Shown here: in pieces, positions 15,630-26,235 of the stretch
Numbering within the stretch: the stretch's first letter is position 1
Layout of the letters: the number at the start of each line of letters is the position of its first letter
Source of the DNA: a virus
IMG/VR virus record: IMGVR_UViG_3300047557_002430
Span: 1 to 64,000 of that record
Strand: one strand, 5' to 3'
Length of the DNA stretch: 64,000 bases
The notes under the pieces: model-generated
Databases searched by the model: none
Seen by the model: only the letters and a program-made list of their open reading frames with translations
What the model was told of the DNA's origin: nothing
Made by a program: the position numbers and the translations under genes

Positions 15630-16495
15630 TCCGCGATTCCTGGGGCTGCCATAGCCTCACGCCGCATCATTTCCCGGTATGCCAAACCGGGATTTTTTTG
15701 TGCCCAAGTCATTAGCGCAGAGTCAGACATACCAGCAGCACCGCCAGCTTCTTTTAATCGCCGTTGCAGCTCCCCAGTCTTTTCGAGTTCTTTGCCTAGG
15801 AAGTCCTGAGCGGAGTAGAACTGTCTCAGAGGCACCGTGGCGGGAGCTTCGAACCCTGTATCGGCTGCTGTTAAAGCGGCTTGAGAGATCGGCGCCAGGG
15901 TTTGGGTTTGTGCGGGAGCGGGCGCAACTAAGCGTGTCCGCACTGTCGATGTCTCCACGCGAGGCCCTGCGGCGGGCGGAGGACTGGGTTGACCCAGCGT
16001 GGCTTGTGTCGTTTGATCTGTTGCAGCTACGGCTGGGCTTGTCGCTCCTGCCATGCCTGGTGCTCCCCACCCTTCGCGGCGGGCTTGTGCCAGCATCTCC
16101 ATCTCGTTTGCTCCTGCCGGAGGAGGGTTGAGTAGAGGGTCTACTACACCGGCATAGAGAGCACCTACGACAGGATTTACTCTGGCCATAGCCAACCCAG
16201 TCTCTACGTTTAAGATCGGGTCTAGATATTTTGTAACAGCTCTATCTGGCAGCAACGAGTCTGCAATAATACCTAGCGCTGTGTTTCGCGCCATGTTTAC
16301 CCCAGCGGCACCCAGTCCCCCGCGTTTTGTCTGCGTGGGTCGCGAGGTGAGCGGGTTAATACCTTCCCGAACAGGAGCGGGTAACCGTCGATATTGGCGT
16401 AAGATTGGCGCTACAGCAGGGTTTGTTGTTGCCATACGAACCGCTTGCTGAGCGGCTTGACGTACGGGATTAACGAGTTGCTGCCACCACGACAT
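15626..16495 (-). CDS. Ala/Pro-rich putative virion internal protein
   Basis: Low complexity; C-terminal LMTWAQKNPGLAYREM shared with 40917-42458. Confidence 0.7.
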   Translation of the reverse strand: MSWWQQLVNPVRQAAQQAVRMATTNPAVAPILRQYRRLPAPVREGINPLTSRPTQTKRGGLGAAGVNMARNTALGIIADSLLPDRAVTKYLDPILNVETGLAMARVNPVVGALYAGVVDPLLNPPPAGANEMEMLAQARREGWGAPGMAGATSPAVAATDQTTQATLGQPSPPPAAGPRVETSTVRTRLVAPAPAQTQTLAPISQAALTAADTGFEAPATVPLRQFYSAQDFLGKELEKTGELQRRLKEAGGAAGMSDSALMTWAQKNPGLAYREMMRREAMAAPGIAD

Positions 16496-16532
16496 GATTC
16501 TTTTTTCTTTTAGTGTAACGGATTGACGAGTT

Positions 16533-16979
16533 ATGTTTTCAAACTGGGATTACAGGTTTTTAGATATTGCACAGCGGATCTCTGAGTGGAGTAAGGATCC
16601 GTCTACAAAGGTTGGCGCAGTAGCCGTTCGTGATCGGCGCATTCTTGCCACGGGCTACAACGGCTTCCCTCGTGGGGTTGCAGATTTAAGCGAGCGCTTA
16701 GAGGACCGTCAGCAAAAACTACTGCGTACAGTCCACGCTGAGGCGAATATTGTTGCTCAATGCTCTCGGTATGGTGTCAGTTTAGAAAACTCGTCTGTCT
16801 ACATTTGGCCATTTTTGCCTTGTTCTAGCTGTTGTACGCTGCTCATTCAGACTGGCGTTACTAGGATCGTTGTGCCTGATCGACCCATACCCGATCGTTG
16901 GATGGAAAGCTTTTCTGTATCTATAGAGTTGCTTAAAGAGTCAGGAGTTGATTTGGTGTTACTGGCAGATCCTGAGTAG
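16533..16979 (+). CDS. dCMP deaminase
   Basis: SKDPSTKVGA, GYNGFPRG, HAEAN and PCSSC zinc motifs. Confidence 0.95.
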   Translation: MFSNWDYRFLDIAQRISEWSKDPSTKVGAVAVRDRRILATGYNGFPRGVADLSERLEDRQQKLLRTVHAEANIVAQCSRYGVSLENSSVYIWPFLPCSSCCTLLIQTGVTRIVVPDRPIPDRWMESFSVSIELLKESGVDLVLLADPE

Positions 16980-17006
16980 TCACTAACACACAGGTTTAGT
17001 TTATTT

Positions 17007-17885
17007 ATGAAAATCTTGTTGTTTGGCGCCTCCGGGCAGTTGGGGCGTTTTCTTCAGCGCGAAAAACCTCGTGACGTCGAGTTAATTACTCCGAGTCGTA
17101 ACGAAGTTAACTTTACCTCAGGTAACTTGCTGTGCGACTTCATTATTAAAGAGAACCCTGATTGGGTTATTAACGCTGCTGCATATACAGATGTTGAGAA
17201 AGCAGAGGAGGAGCGTTTATTTGCAACTGATCTAAACCACGGTGGACCCTCGTGCATTGCGTGGGCTTGTCAGTTTACAGGTTCGAAGCTTTTACATATT
17301 TCAACGGATTACGTTTTCGATGGCACAGCAATTCACCCATATGAGCCATCCGATCCGCCAAATCCGATTAATTACTACGGCTATACAAAATTGCGAGGTG
17401 AGCAGGCAATAGCTGACATCATGTCGCCAAGCTCGTTCTGTATTCTTCGGACGAGTTGGCTATACAGCGCATTCCGCAAAAATTTTTTCGCGTCTGTATT
17501 TAAGAAGCTGTTGTTCGATAAAGATTTCAATGTTGTTAACGATCAATTCGGGCGGCCCACGTCTGCGATTTGCTTGGCCAAAGTTTGTTGGCAGATTGTT
17601 TTGAGAGGCATTACGGGGGTGCATCACTTTGCGGAAGCTCCGTCGATGAGTCGCCACGCTTTCGCGTTGAAGATCCGCTCGATCGCCGAGACCACATGCG
17701 TGGGTGATTCGCTGAGTAGCGTGTTAGCTGTGCCTTCTACAGAGTACAAAACGAGGGCTTTGAGACCACGTTATAGTGTTCTGGCTAACAGCGTATCACT
17801 GGATGAGCTGGGCCTTGGGGATAACGACTGGGAGAAAAACATAGAGACCACTATTTATGACTTTGTGTTTCAGGATCCTTCGTGA
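17007..17885 (+). CDS. rmlD: dTDP-4-dehydrorhamnose reductase
   Basis: GASGQLG, NAAAYTDV, ISTDYVFDG, YGYTK, DQFGRPT. Confidence 0.95.
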   Translation: MKILLFGASGQLGRFLQREKPRDVELITPSRNEVNFTSGNLLCDFIIKENPDWVINAAAYTDVEKAEEERLFATDLNHGGPSCIAWACQFTGSKLLHISTDYVFDGTAIHPYEPSDPPNPINYYGYTKLRGEQAIADIMSPSSFCILRTSWLYSAFRKNFFASVFKKLLFDKDFNVVNDQFGRPTSAICLAKVCWQIVLRGITGVHHFAEAPSMSRHAFALKIRSIAETTCVGDSLSSVLAVPSTEYKTRALRPRYSVLANSVSLDELGLGDNDWEKNIETTIYDFVFQDPS

Positions 17886-18889
17886 ACTATTCATTCTTTG
17901 ACGGAAAGCGTGTTACCGTAACGGGCGGTCTTGGCTTTATCGGGTCTTGTGTTGTTCGCAAGCTCTTAGCTAATACGGACTGCACCTTACGCATCATCGA
18001 CAAGATGGGCGTGGGGAGTAATAAGGATTTCATTCCTCAATCTTTTGGGGACCGCTATACGATCTCACCGATTGACTTAGCGCATACGCAAAAAGTTTTT
18101 AAGGATTTCGATTACTTTCAGCCGGATATTGTTATTCACTTGGCTGCTGAGAGCCACGTTGATCGCTCGATCACTGAGCCAGCAACCTTTGTTGAAAGCA
18201 ATGTCATCGGTACGTTTTCGGTTTTGGAAGCGAGCCGACGTTTATATGAGTCGCTGCCGCCTGATAAGAAAGCCCAGTTCCGTCTGCACCACGTATCGAC
18301 GGACGAGGTTTTTGGCAGTTTGAGCGACGAAGGCGTATTTACAGAACGTTCTCCCTACAGCCCAAACTCTCCTTACTCAGCCACGAAAGCAGCGAGCGAT
18401 CATTTGGTTCGAGCGTGGTATCACACGTACGGCTTGCCCGTCACTATTTCGAACTGCAGTAATAACTTCGGCCCTTGGCAGGCTGACGAAAAGCTGATCC
18501 CCACGGTGATCCGCTCGATCGTACAGGGCAAGCCCGTTCGGTTGTATGGGGATGGTCAGAATGTGCGGGATTGGCTCTATGTGGATGATCACGTTGACGC
18601 TATTTTTAGCTGCATCGAACGGGGTGTTGTAGGCGAAACCTATTGTGTTGGTGCGCGTAATGAGGTATCTAATGTCGATCTTGTGTACAAGATCTGCCAA
18701 CACCTACTCACAACACATTTGAGTAGTGTGCGTATTATCTTTGGCGAAGATCGTCCGGGTCACGACTTTAGGTACGCGATCGACCCAAGTAAGATCGAGA
18801 GCAAGCTCGGGTGGAAGCCCAAGCATAGCTTTGACGAGGCTTTAAAGGAAACCGTACAATGGTATGTCAAATGGTACGCCCAGAACTAA
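17882..18889 (+). CDS. rmlB: dTDP-glucose 4,6-dehydratase
   Basis: [41 protein letters not shown]. Confidence 0.97.
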   Translation: MNYSFFDGKRVTVTGGLGFIGSCVVRKLLANTDCTLRIIDKMGVGSNKDFIPQSFGDRYTISPIDLAHTQKVFKDFDYFQPDIVIHLAAESHVDRSITEPATFVESNVIGTFSVLEASRRLYESLPPDKKAQFRLHHVSTDEVFGSLSDEGVFTERSPYSPNSPYSATKAASDHLVRAWYHTYGLPVTISNCSNNFGPWQADEKLIPTVIRSIVQGKPVRLYGDGQNVRDWLYVDDHVDAIFSCIERGVVGETYCVGARNEVSNVDLVYKICQHLLTTHLSSVRIIFGEDRPGHDFRYAIDPSKIESKLGWKPKHSFDEALKETVQWYVKWYAQN

Positions 18890-19689
18890 TCAAGGAGTAT
18901 TGCGGCATTATCTTGGCGGGCGGTAACGGAACCCGTCTGCACCCGATTACAAGCGTGGTGTCTAAACAGCTACTGCCTGTTTACGACAAGCCCATGATTT
19001 ACTACCCACTTGCAACATTAATGCAGATGGGTATTCAAGATATTCTCATCATTACAAAACCTCGGGATAGCGCGTTATTCAAGCAGTTGTTGGGAACAGG
19101 TGCTCCGTGGGGCATAAGCCTGACGTACGCGGAACAACCTGAGCCGGAAGGTTTAGCGCAGGCTTTTTTGATTGCTGAGGATTTTATAGCGGACAGACCA
19201 TCGGCTTTGATCCTTGGCGATAACTTATTCCACGGTCCTTTAGATTTCTCGTTTGGGTACTTTTATGGGCAGGAGGGGGCCACGGTGTTTGGCTACCGCG
19301 TCAAGGATCCCCATCGCTACGGAGTTATAGATTTTGATATCGTTGAAAATCGCGTTAAGCGGATCGTCGAAAAACCAAAAGTTCCGCCGAGCAACTACGC
19401 CGTGACCGGCCTGTACTTTTATGACAATACAGTGTGTGAACGCGCCAAGAATCTGGAGAAGTCACCCCGTGGCGAATACGAGATCACAGATTTAAATAAT
19501 ACGTATATTACGGACAGTGTTCTAAACGTTGAGCTATTGGATGAGGGTTACGTCTGGTTAGATACAGGTACGCCCGATTCCCTGCACGAGGCTGCCTCGT
19601 ATGTGCAGACGCTACAGCATCGGCAGGGTATTCGAATCGGGTGCCCTTACACTATTGCGCAGGAAAAGCTCTGGGTTCCGAGAACTTAG
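18859..19689 (+). CDS. rmlA: glucose-1-phosphate thymidylyltransferase
   Basis: [35 protein letters not shown]. Confidence 0.97.
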   Translation: MVCQMVRPELIKEYCGIILAGGNGTRLHPITSVVSKQLLPVYDKPMIYYPLATLMQMGIQDILIITKPRDSALFKQLLGTGAPWGISLTYAEQPEPEGLAQAFLIAEDFIADRPSALILGDNLFHGPLDFSFGYFYGQEGATVFGYRVKDPHRYGVIDFDIVENRVKRIVEKPKVPPSNYAVTGLYFYDNTVCERAKNLEKSPRGEYEITDLNNTYITDSVLNVELLDEGYVWLDTGTPDSLHEAASYVQTLQHRQGIRIGCPYTIAQEKLWVPRT

Positions 19690-20386
19690 CGAAGTACATA
19701 TTGTCGAAGGGACGGATCTCGCCGACTTCATAACGCATCGCGTGGAGGAAGTGGAACAGCTCTTTTTTGTCCACTTCAAACCACGGATCGTTATTGGCTT
19801 CGAAGATCAGGGGCGGGAAGTTGTTGCGCATCAGAGTGTATCGTGCGCCCTGTAAAGCTTTGAGTTCGTTGCCTTCGATGTCGAGTTTGATTAAGCCGAC
19901 GTTTTCGAAGTGGTAGTGATCGAGGGTTACAGTCTCAACTTTCTCTTCAGTTAAGACAGTTTGGAATGGCGCTGGTTTGCGGATGGTTGAGCCGCCGCCA
20001 TCTTCAGACACGATCGACAGCGTGGTTTTTTGATTGGCGTTAGCGGGATCTGTTACTGCTTTGTTGTATGGAGTGATGTTGGTCTTTTCGTTGATGAAGA
20101 TGTTGCCGCACAGTTGGAAGTATGTACGTCGCTGCGCTTCGAATGAATGGATTTCTTTAAATTTGTCAGACAGAAGGATGGAGTAAGCGCCCATGTGAGC
20201 GCCGCAATCGATAAAGAGTTTTTCTTTGTCGCCGAAGGTTTGGCCCGCCCAGTCGATGATGGGTTTTTCGGGGATGCCGACTTGGTGCATTTGACAACGA
20301 CCAGAATCGTCGTCGTGCATCAGGAAAGCCAGGTCCGGTGTGGGTACGATGAGTCGCTTCTCCGGACCCCAAAAGTAAGTAGCCAC
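19652..20386 (-). CDS. FkbM-family SAM methyltransferase
   Basis: [21 protein letters not shown]. Confidence 0.9.
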   Translation of the reverse strand: MATYFWGPEKRLIVPTPDLAFLMHDDDSGRCQMHQVGIPEKPIIDWAGQTFGDKEKLFIDCGAHMGAYSILLSDKFKEIHSFEAQRRTYFQLCGNIFINEKTNITPYNKAVTDPANANQKTTLSIVSEDGGGSTIRKPAPFQTVLTEEKVETVTLDHYHFENVGLIKLDIEGNELKALQGARYTLMRNNFPPLIFEANNDPWFEVDKKELFHFLHAMRYEVGEIRPFDNMYFAKFSEPRAFPAQ

Positions 20387-20431
20387 CTGGCCTTGGCATA
20401 AGTGCTAACATATTAACAGCCACAGCCGACG

Positions 20432-21199
20432 ATGACTATACCTGTTATTGGTACTGCGGTTGTCAACGCCCCTCATTGGGTTTATAGACTTTTTTACAGT
20501 ATCGATTATCCTGTTGATACATTCGTCGTATTTAATAACAACGGGCGCAACCAGATTACGGAGGAGCTTGATCTACTTACAAAAGTTCCGCACAAATATG
20601 TAAAGCGCGTGGTTGTCACGCACATGCCTTCCAACATCGGATGTTCGGGGGCCTGGAACTTAATTATCAAGTCGTTTATGAGCGCCCCGTATTGGGTGAT
20701 CACAAACCACGACTTGATGTTTACGCCGGGCTTTTTGGCGAAAGCTGTGGAGAGCGCGCAAGATGCAGAAACAGGTATCGTCCACGGGGAGAACGGAAGT
20801 TGGGATTTCTTCCTTATAAAGGACTGGGTTATCCAGCAGTTCGGTCTGTTTGATGAGAACTTATATCCCGCATACTGCGAGGATATGGATTACGGGATGC
20901 GGTTTAAGCATCGCGAGTTTAAGCGCTGTATGTCCGTCGGGGTTCCTTACTACCATGGCGAAACTGCTGGTGATTACAAAGACGGTTCTCAGACCTGGCG
21001 TAGCGAGCCTGAGCTAGCGCAGGGTATTCACTATGCTCATGAGATGAATAAACAATATTTACACGCCAAGTGGAATCCTGCGTGGCAAGCTCACGTAGAA
21101 GGCGAAGTGTATAAACACCCATTTAATAACTCAAATATCCCTATTGATTACACTGCGTACGATCTGAACTTTGTTCGTAGCAAAAACTTGGGTTTTTAG
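20432..21199 (+). CDS. GT-A (GT2-like) glycosyltransferase
   Basis: NIGCSGAWN, TNHDL, GLFDENLYPAYCEDMDY. Confidence 0.8.
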   Translation: MTIPVIGTAVVNAPHWVYRLFYSIDYPVDTFVVFNNNGRNQITEELDLLTKVPHKYVKRVVVTHMPSNIGCSGAWNLIIKSFMSAPYWVITNHDLMFTPGFLAKAVESAQDAETGIVHGENGSWDFFLIKDWVIQQFGLFDENLYPAYCEDMDYGMRFKHREFKRCMSVGVPYYHGETAGDYKDGSQTWRSEPELAQGIHYAHEMNKQYLHAKWNPAWQAHVEGEVYKHPFNNSNIPIDYTAYDLNFVRSKNLGF

Positions 21200-21265
21200 T
21201 TCCGTGTGACTAATCTTTAGACGGAGATTATGATCTGTTTTAACAAGACAATATATTGGTAGAAG

Positions 21266-21598
21266 ATGCCGTTTTATTCGTCTTACCCCTCCTGTGGAAA
21301 GTTAATTAACTGTCTGAAGGATGTTCTTCAGGACAAGAAAATATCGTCTTTTAAGTTAAGTAAGTTAGCTGAGGTATCTCCAACAACTACTAGAAAGATC
21401 TATTCAGATGAGCGGTACATCCCGTCTCCTGATGTGCTGGAACGTATCTGTTTGATTCTCGAAGTTCAGCCTGGCGATATTCTCAAGATTTCGCCTAAAC
21501 TGAACCTAGACGTAGCCGTGTGTTCAGGTGTTCTCTCCTCAGGATTACGAATTAGCGGCCCGTATCTTGGGCCTTCCGGTGCCTGTTACTCCGGCTGA
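21266..21598 (+). CDS. XRE/Cro-C1 helix-turn-helix regulator
   Basis: SSFKLSKLAEVSPTTTRKI...LERICLILEVQPGDIL. Confidence 0.85.
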   Translation: MPFYSSYPSCGKLINCLKDVLQDKKISSFKLSKLAEVSPTTTRKIYSDERYIPSPDVLERICLILEVQPGDILKISPKLNLDVAVCSGVLSSGLRISGPYLGPSGACYSG

Positions 21599-22031
21599 GA
21601 AAGCTGCTGCTACTCCTTTAACAGCAACCGTTATCCGTAATTTCTATAAGGCTGCTCCGCCTGCGCCTGGTCGTGAGGAACAAGGACTAAACACGAGTCC
21701 TACACGGTCTTTGAATGCTTACCCAGCTAATACGCAGCCTGAAGCTCGTGTTCAACTTGGGCGTCGTCTGCAGGCAGGCGTAATCACCACGGATGACGAG
21801 AATGAGCTTGAGGATTTGATCATGCTCATCCTGAATAACCCCACGGTTATGAGCATGTTCATGAACTTTATTCAAAATCTTGAGTCTGAGTCTCTTGAAA
21901 GTGGGGAGTACCTGAGTCAGCAGCGGCCTCTTGAGTACGATTTGCCGAACTACGGGGGGCAGTATTCCGTGTTAAATGCGCCTAGTAATTCTTCTGTTCC
22001 TCCGTCCATCGAGTATCAAAGCCTGGGTTGA
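21528..22031 (+). CDS. hypothetical virion-associated protein
   Basis: First ORF of a tightly coupled rightward block. Confidence 0.65.
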   Translation: MFSPQDYELAARILGLPVPVTPAEKAAATPLTATVIRNFYKAAPPAPGREEQGLNTSPTRSLNAYPANTQPEARVQLGRRLQAGVITTDDENELEDLIMLILNNPTVMSMFMNFIQNLESESLESGEYLSQQRPLEYDLPNYGGQYSVLNAPSNSSVPPSIEYQSLG

Positions 22032-22267
22032 TTATGAATATCCGTGAACAACAGCTAAAGGAACGCGATGTGCGTCGTGGAGCCCCTGAGCTTGACCCCA
22101 CTACTTTTTTAGATGCTTACGTAGCATCTAACTTCCCGCAAACCGCAGCTTTCAAGTCGCCTGAACAAAAAGCCGACGGTATTGTGCCCCAATCAGAATC
22201 GACTAATGTAAACTATAAAAAGAAGCCTCTTTCAGGCACTTCATTTGATAACCCGGCAGGTTCCTAA
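22028..22267 (+). CDS. hypothetical protein
   Basis: Coupled to both neighbours. Confidence 0.6.
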   Translation: MIMNIREQQLKERDVRRGAPELDPTTFLDAYVASNFPQTAAFKSPEQKADGIVPQSESTNVNYKKKPLSGTSFDNPAGS

Positions 22268-22992
22268 TGGCTAGCGTCCCTGGTGCTACTGGAGTTGTCG
22301 GAATACAGGGGCTTAGTGATCTTGTCGATCTTTTAGCGAGCAAAAATATTCCGTCTGATCAAATCGGTAAATTACTGCCTGCTCTTATTCCCGCTGTTGT
22401 TGGCGGTGGCGCCGCCGCTGCTGCCACGGCGGGTCCAGGTATTCTTGCCGGTGCAGGCAACTTTGCTAAAGCTGTAGGAGCCGATTACGTAGCTGAGCGT
22501 TTAGTAAGTGGTCTTGCTGGGTCACCTCAGCCAGCTTATGTTCCCTCTGATCCCGGCGGCAGTAAGTATCTGGTTACTCCTGACCAACAGAAAGCATATA
22601 TTGAGTTCGCGGCCAGAGAAAACTATAACCGAAACATTTATAACTTCATTGCTAGGGCTATCGGACTTCCCCAAATGAAGCCCGTAGAAGAACCTTCAGC
22701 TTATGCTGAGCGCTCTGCTGCCTTAACAAGTAGGCAAATGGCGGAAGCTACTGAACGTGAGATTGCATTGGAACGCGCCAAGCGTGGTTATGACCTTGCA
22801 ATTCAGCAAGTTATTTCCCAAGCTGAATTAGGTAAACAACGGCTTCAATCGCTAGGCGATGTACAAAGGCAACGAGTCGAGTCGGGTTATACAGCAGCTA
22901 CTAATATGTTTAGTGACGTTATGAAGAACGTCGTGGCACGAGAGCGGTTTGAAAATAACGCAACCCTAGCTGAATTAGCTAAACCTGTTTGA
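22267..22992 (+). CDS. putative internal/ejection protein
   Basis: Gly/Ala-rich hydrophobic N-terminus and helical Q/E/R C-terminus. Confidence 0.6.
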   Translation: MASVPGATGVVGIQGLSDLVDLLASKNIPSDQIGKLLPALIPAVVGGGAAAAATAGPGILAGAGNFAKAVGADYVAERLVSGLAGSPQPAYVPSDPGGSKYLVTPDQQKAYIEFAARENYNRNIYNFIARAIGLPQMKPVEEPSAYAERSAALTSRQMAEATEREIALERAKRGYDLAIQQVISQAELGKQRLQSLGDVQRQRVESGYTAATNMFSDVMKNVVARERFENNATLAELAKPV

Positions 22993-23002
22993 GGATCTTC
23001 CC

Positions 23003-23815
23003 ATGACCGATTTTTTAGGCGAGGCAGGTAAAGCAGCAGAACAAATCCTCCGGCTTAGTAACCCGGTGGGGTGGGCTTTTACGCTACACGATGTTATTAA
23101 GGGCACATATCCTCGCCCTGATGGTAATACTCCGTTTGCTACGGGCGACCGCCAGATCGGTTCAAAAGTTGATGATCCTCGATTTGGTACAACTTATTAC
23201 GCTGGTGAAGCTTACGGAACTCAGACTCCTGGATCTTTTATAAAAATTGATCCCACTCGGGCTACGTCTGACCCCCGTGAGCAAGCTATTTTCCGAACTG
23301 TACAACAGCAATTGCGGCAAAAACTTGCCGCCGAAAGTAAGGCTGCAACGACGGGAGGTTCCACGCGGGCTGGTACTAGCAGTGGTGGGGCAAAAGCACC
23401 TTCGTCCGGTCCTGCACCTAAACCGGATACGCCTGCTGTGAGCACTGAAATCCCTCAGAAGGGGGATGCTCAGATGGACGCCATCCTTAAAACAATTAAG
23501 GAATGGGGGAGTCCTGAAAACAGGGCTATTTTCACTCAGCAAGATTTAGAGGCTGAGGTTAAGCGAGCGCTTATAACCAACGCTCTTTCGATGCGTCAGT
23601 CGCGAGAGAATACAAAACGCCAAGTTGAGTTAGAGAATATTAAAGCTTGGCGTGATTTAGAGTCCGCTCGAATCGAAGCTAACTCCCGCCAAGCCGCTGC
23701 GTTAGGCGCCGCTGTGGCCATGTCGATGCAGCCGAATGTTTCGTACATGGATGCCATGCAAAAGACTTATGCTAGTGCTATGGCTCCTTATACAAATTTC
23801 TCTCTGAAGGCATAG
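23003..23815 (+). CDS. putative internal/ejection protein
   Basis: Flexible linker plus coiled-coil-like C-terminus. Confidence 0.6.
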   Translation: MTDFLGEAGKAAEQILRLSNPVGWAFTLHDVIKGTYPRPDGNTPFATGDRQIGSKVDDPRFGTTYYAGEAYGTQTPGSFIKIDPTRATSDPREQAIFRTVQQQLRQKLAAESKAATTGGSTRAGTSSGGAKAPSSGPAPKPDTPAVSTEIPQKGDAQMDAILKTIKEWGSPENRAIFTQQDLEAEVKRALITNALSMRQSRENTKRQVELENIKAWRDLESARIEANSRQAAALGAAVAMSMQPNVSYMDAMQKTYASAMAPYTNFSLKA

Positions 23816-23819
23816 AAAT

Positions 23820-24629
23820 ATGGTTCTCCCTGTTGCAGCCGCTTTTACATTACCGATAATCCCCGGTCTTGCTTCTGCTGCCGGAATAGGAACTGCTGCT
23901 GCGGGAGCTGCCGGAGCTGCGGGAGCAGGTTTAGGTACTGCCGGATTATTGTCTGGGGCCGGAGCTTTATTGGGCGGCGGCGCTTCTTTAGCCAACGCTT
24001 TTATGGGCGGTGGTGGCGGAGGTTCGGCTGCTCCTGGGTATGACTACGCTTCCTTATATGCGTATCAGGCTCAGCCAGGTAATGTAGCGCTCACCACCGC
24101 TGGCTCAGAGTTAGCCAATTTAATGGCTGGTTATACAGGAACTAAAGGTATTGCTGCAAAAGTCTTAGGTCAGACAGCATACGATCAGTTTGATACCGCT
24201 AAACAACAACAGCAAACTTTATCTGGTCTACAGGCTGGTATTGCTTCTCAATACGCCAGTAGCGCTATCGGTCTTGGTGATTTAGCTGGTAAGGCTAAGA
24301 TTGCCACGGAGATGATGGGGCCTGAGGTAGCCTCGGCATTAACAAAACAATACGCCGAAGGTGTCCAGCAGTTAGCTACCGAAGGTCTTAAGGGTCAAAC
24401 GGCTTTATTAACTCCTGGGGCTACTGCCCTTGCTCAATCTTTCACAGATGCTCAGCGAGCAACAAATAAGTTAGCTGGAGATATCGCTTCGACTAACTTG
24501 CGCATTAAAGAGCAACAAGAAAATACGCGAAACCAAGCATTCTTAGCGCGGCAACAGTTTTCTAATTGGCAAGCGAAAAAACAAGTAGAAACTTCTCTTG
24601 CTATGGGGGCTCATCAAGCTTTTGCATGA
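23820..24629 (+). CDS. putative DNA pilot/ejection protein
   Basis: Long A/G hydrophobic N-terminus, poly-Gly, Ala/Gln helical body. Confidence 0.6.
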   Translation: MVLPVAAAFTLPIIPGLASAAGIGTAAAGAAGAAGAGLGTAGLLSGAGALLGGGASLANAFMGGGGGGSAAPGYDYASLYAYQAQPGNVALTTAGSELANLMAGYTGTKGIAAKVLGQTAYDQFDTAKQQQQTLSGLQAGIASQYASSAIGLGDLAGKAKIATEMMGPEVASALTKQYAEGVQQLATEGLKGQTALLTPGATALAQSFTDAQRATNKLAGDIASTNLRIKEQQENTRNQAFLARQQFSNWQAKKQVETSLAMGAHQAFA

Positions 24630-25156
24630 TTAAAGCACAGATTGGCGATTCTACAACTGTTGGAGATTGGTTAAATAGCTTAGATAAGTCTCAAAAGGAC
24701 GCTTTTGTTTTTTACGCTAAGAACGCTACTAGCGATATTGAAGCTTACCTATACGCTCGGTTTTTAAAACCGTCGTACCAAGGGAGCATCTCTGATTTAA
24801 CCGCGTGGGTACAAGAAAAATACCCTAAAGAAGATCTTAGAAAGATCTTGTTAATAGAAATCGATAATATGAAGACAGACATTGATAATGTCCGTAATAT
24901 GACTGTGACTGGGATGTTAGATCATGCAACGGCTGCGACGAAGATCTCTGCTTTGCAAAAAGAACTTCGTTCGCATATTCAGGCTGTTCGGTCTATTTCA
25001 GATGGGCTTGATCGTCGCGGCCTTTTATTGGCTGGTGCTGATCGATGCCTCCGCGAACTAATGCAGACGTTTGATGGTCAGCCAACAATACAGAGCCTTT
25101 TAGATGACTCTGCATTGCTGGTGTGGTCTACTTTGGAGCGAGAGGAGAAATCCTAA
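24626..25156 (+). CDS. putative terminase small subunit
   Basis: ATGA overlap with the upstream gene; helical/coiled-coil; last co-oriented gene before TerL (positional inference). Confidence 0.45.
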   Translation: MIKAQIGDSTTVGDWLNSLDKSQKDAFVFYAKNATSDIEAYLYARFLKPSYQGSISDLTAWVQEKYPKEDLRKILLIEIDNMKTDIDNVRNMTVTGMLDHATAATKISALQKELRSHIQAVRSISDGLDRRGLLLAGADRCLRELMQTFDGQPTIQSLLDDSALLVWSTLEREEKS

Positions 25157-26232
25157 TCAACAGGCTCTAAGAGCTTCGTGATATTTTCTAGCGGGCACCT
25201 GAAGATACCGATGAAGGCGTCATTGACCCCTAGGGACATTACTAGCTCTGTGTTGTCCACGAACGCGCCGAACGGAAGGATAACCGCGGGCTGATTTGAT
25301 ACCGGATTGCCTGTGTAGTCAGTCCATACGATTAATTTGTCGTTTAAGGAACCAGAGAACAGAGGTTTCTTGATTACATGAGTCACTTTCGTAAACTCTT
25401 TATCGATTAGGTAAGCACCAAGATGGTAGAGGAGATAACGCTGTCCGTTATTATCAAAAGCTACATGTTTCCAGTGGTAGAAAATTAAGTAGCCGTACTT
25501 AAGGTCGATCGGCGGAAGGGAGTTAAATGTTGCAGCTCCTTTTGTTACCTCTTCTAAAGCGTCTGTATTTATCTCGATCTTTTTGTTGCCCTCGCTTTCG
25601 ATAATTAAGGGCCTTGTGGAATACAGGCAGCGCAACTCATCCTTATGAGAGAAGAAACACCAGTTCTTCTCTGGTACGCCTTTTTCTAAGTTTTTGCCGA
25701 TCGGAGGGATTGCTGCCCTAACAGCTTCACCGAGAGGATCGATATAGCAAACAACTACTTTCGGTTGATCGAACAGTTTCTTATTACCTTTGTTGTACTT
25801 GCTTGCGTATGTAGACCCGACAAACTGTACATACAGTTCATCATCGGGACCGACAAACAGCCGTGGGTCTTCGTAGCTGAGCCTATGTTTATTCGGTCGG
25901 ATCTTTTTAGCGCCGATGATGGTTTCATCGTCATGCAGGAGACCTAAGTAAATATCTGTTGGAGCATTATTCAGGTAGTTATAGTTTCCGTCATGTTTAA
26001 ATCCAAAGGGTTCCGGCTGCGAACGCCAGGCAATATACGTTTTGTCTTTATGTCGTTGAATTGAGGGGCTGAAGTTAACCACGGAATCTTCTGGGAGACC
26101 TCGTGCAATTCGCGTAAAGGTTCCACCTAAAGCTTCCGCTTGGCCATACACATCTGGTATGCCTTTTTGCAGAGTCCGCACCGGATACAGGCAGTGCGAA
26201 TTGGTGTGATAAAAACGGTGCGTAGTTTGCAT
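25153..26232 (-). CDS. beta-propeller glycosyltransferase/phosphorylase (GH130/GT91/GT108-like)
   Basis: FSPSI, YEDPRLF and EKNWCFF motifs. Confidence 0.7.
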   Translation of the reverse strand: MQTTHRFYHTNSHCLYPVRTLQKGIPDVYGQAEALGGTFTRIARGLPEDSVVNFSPSIQRHKDKTYIAWRSQPEPFGFKHDGNYNYLNNAPTDIYLGLLHDDETIIGAKKIRPNKHRLSYEDPRLFVGPDDELYVQFVGSTYASKYNKGNKKLFDQPKVVVCYIDPLGEAVRAAIPPIGKNLEKGVPEKNWCFFSHKDELRCLYSTRPLIIESEGNKKIEINTDALEEVTKGAATFNSLPPIDLKYGYLIFYHWKHVAFDNNGQRYLLYHLGAYLIDKEFTKVTHVIKKPLFSGSLNDKLIVWTDYTGNPVSNQPAVILPFGAFVDNTELVMSLGVNDAFIGIFRCPLENITKLLEPVD

Positions 26233-26235
26233 GGT

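Noticed and set aside
15679-16131. 150-aa plus-strand ORF and 115-aa alternative-frame ORF
   Set aside because: Shadows of the GC-rich 15626-16495 gene
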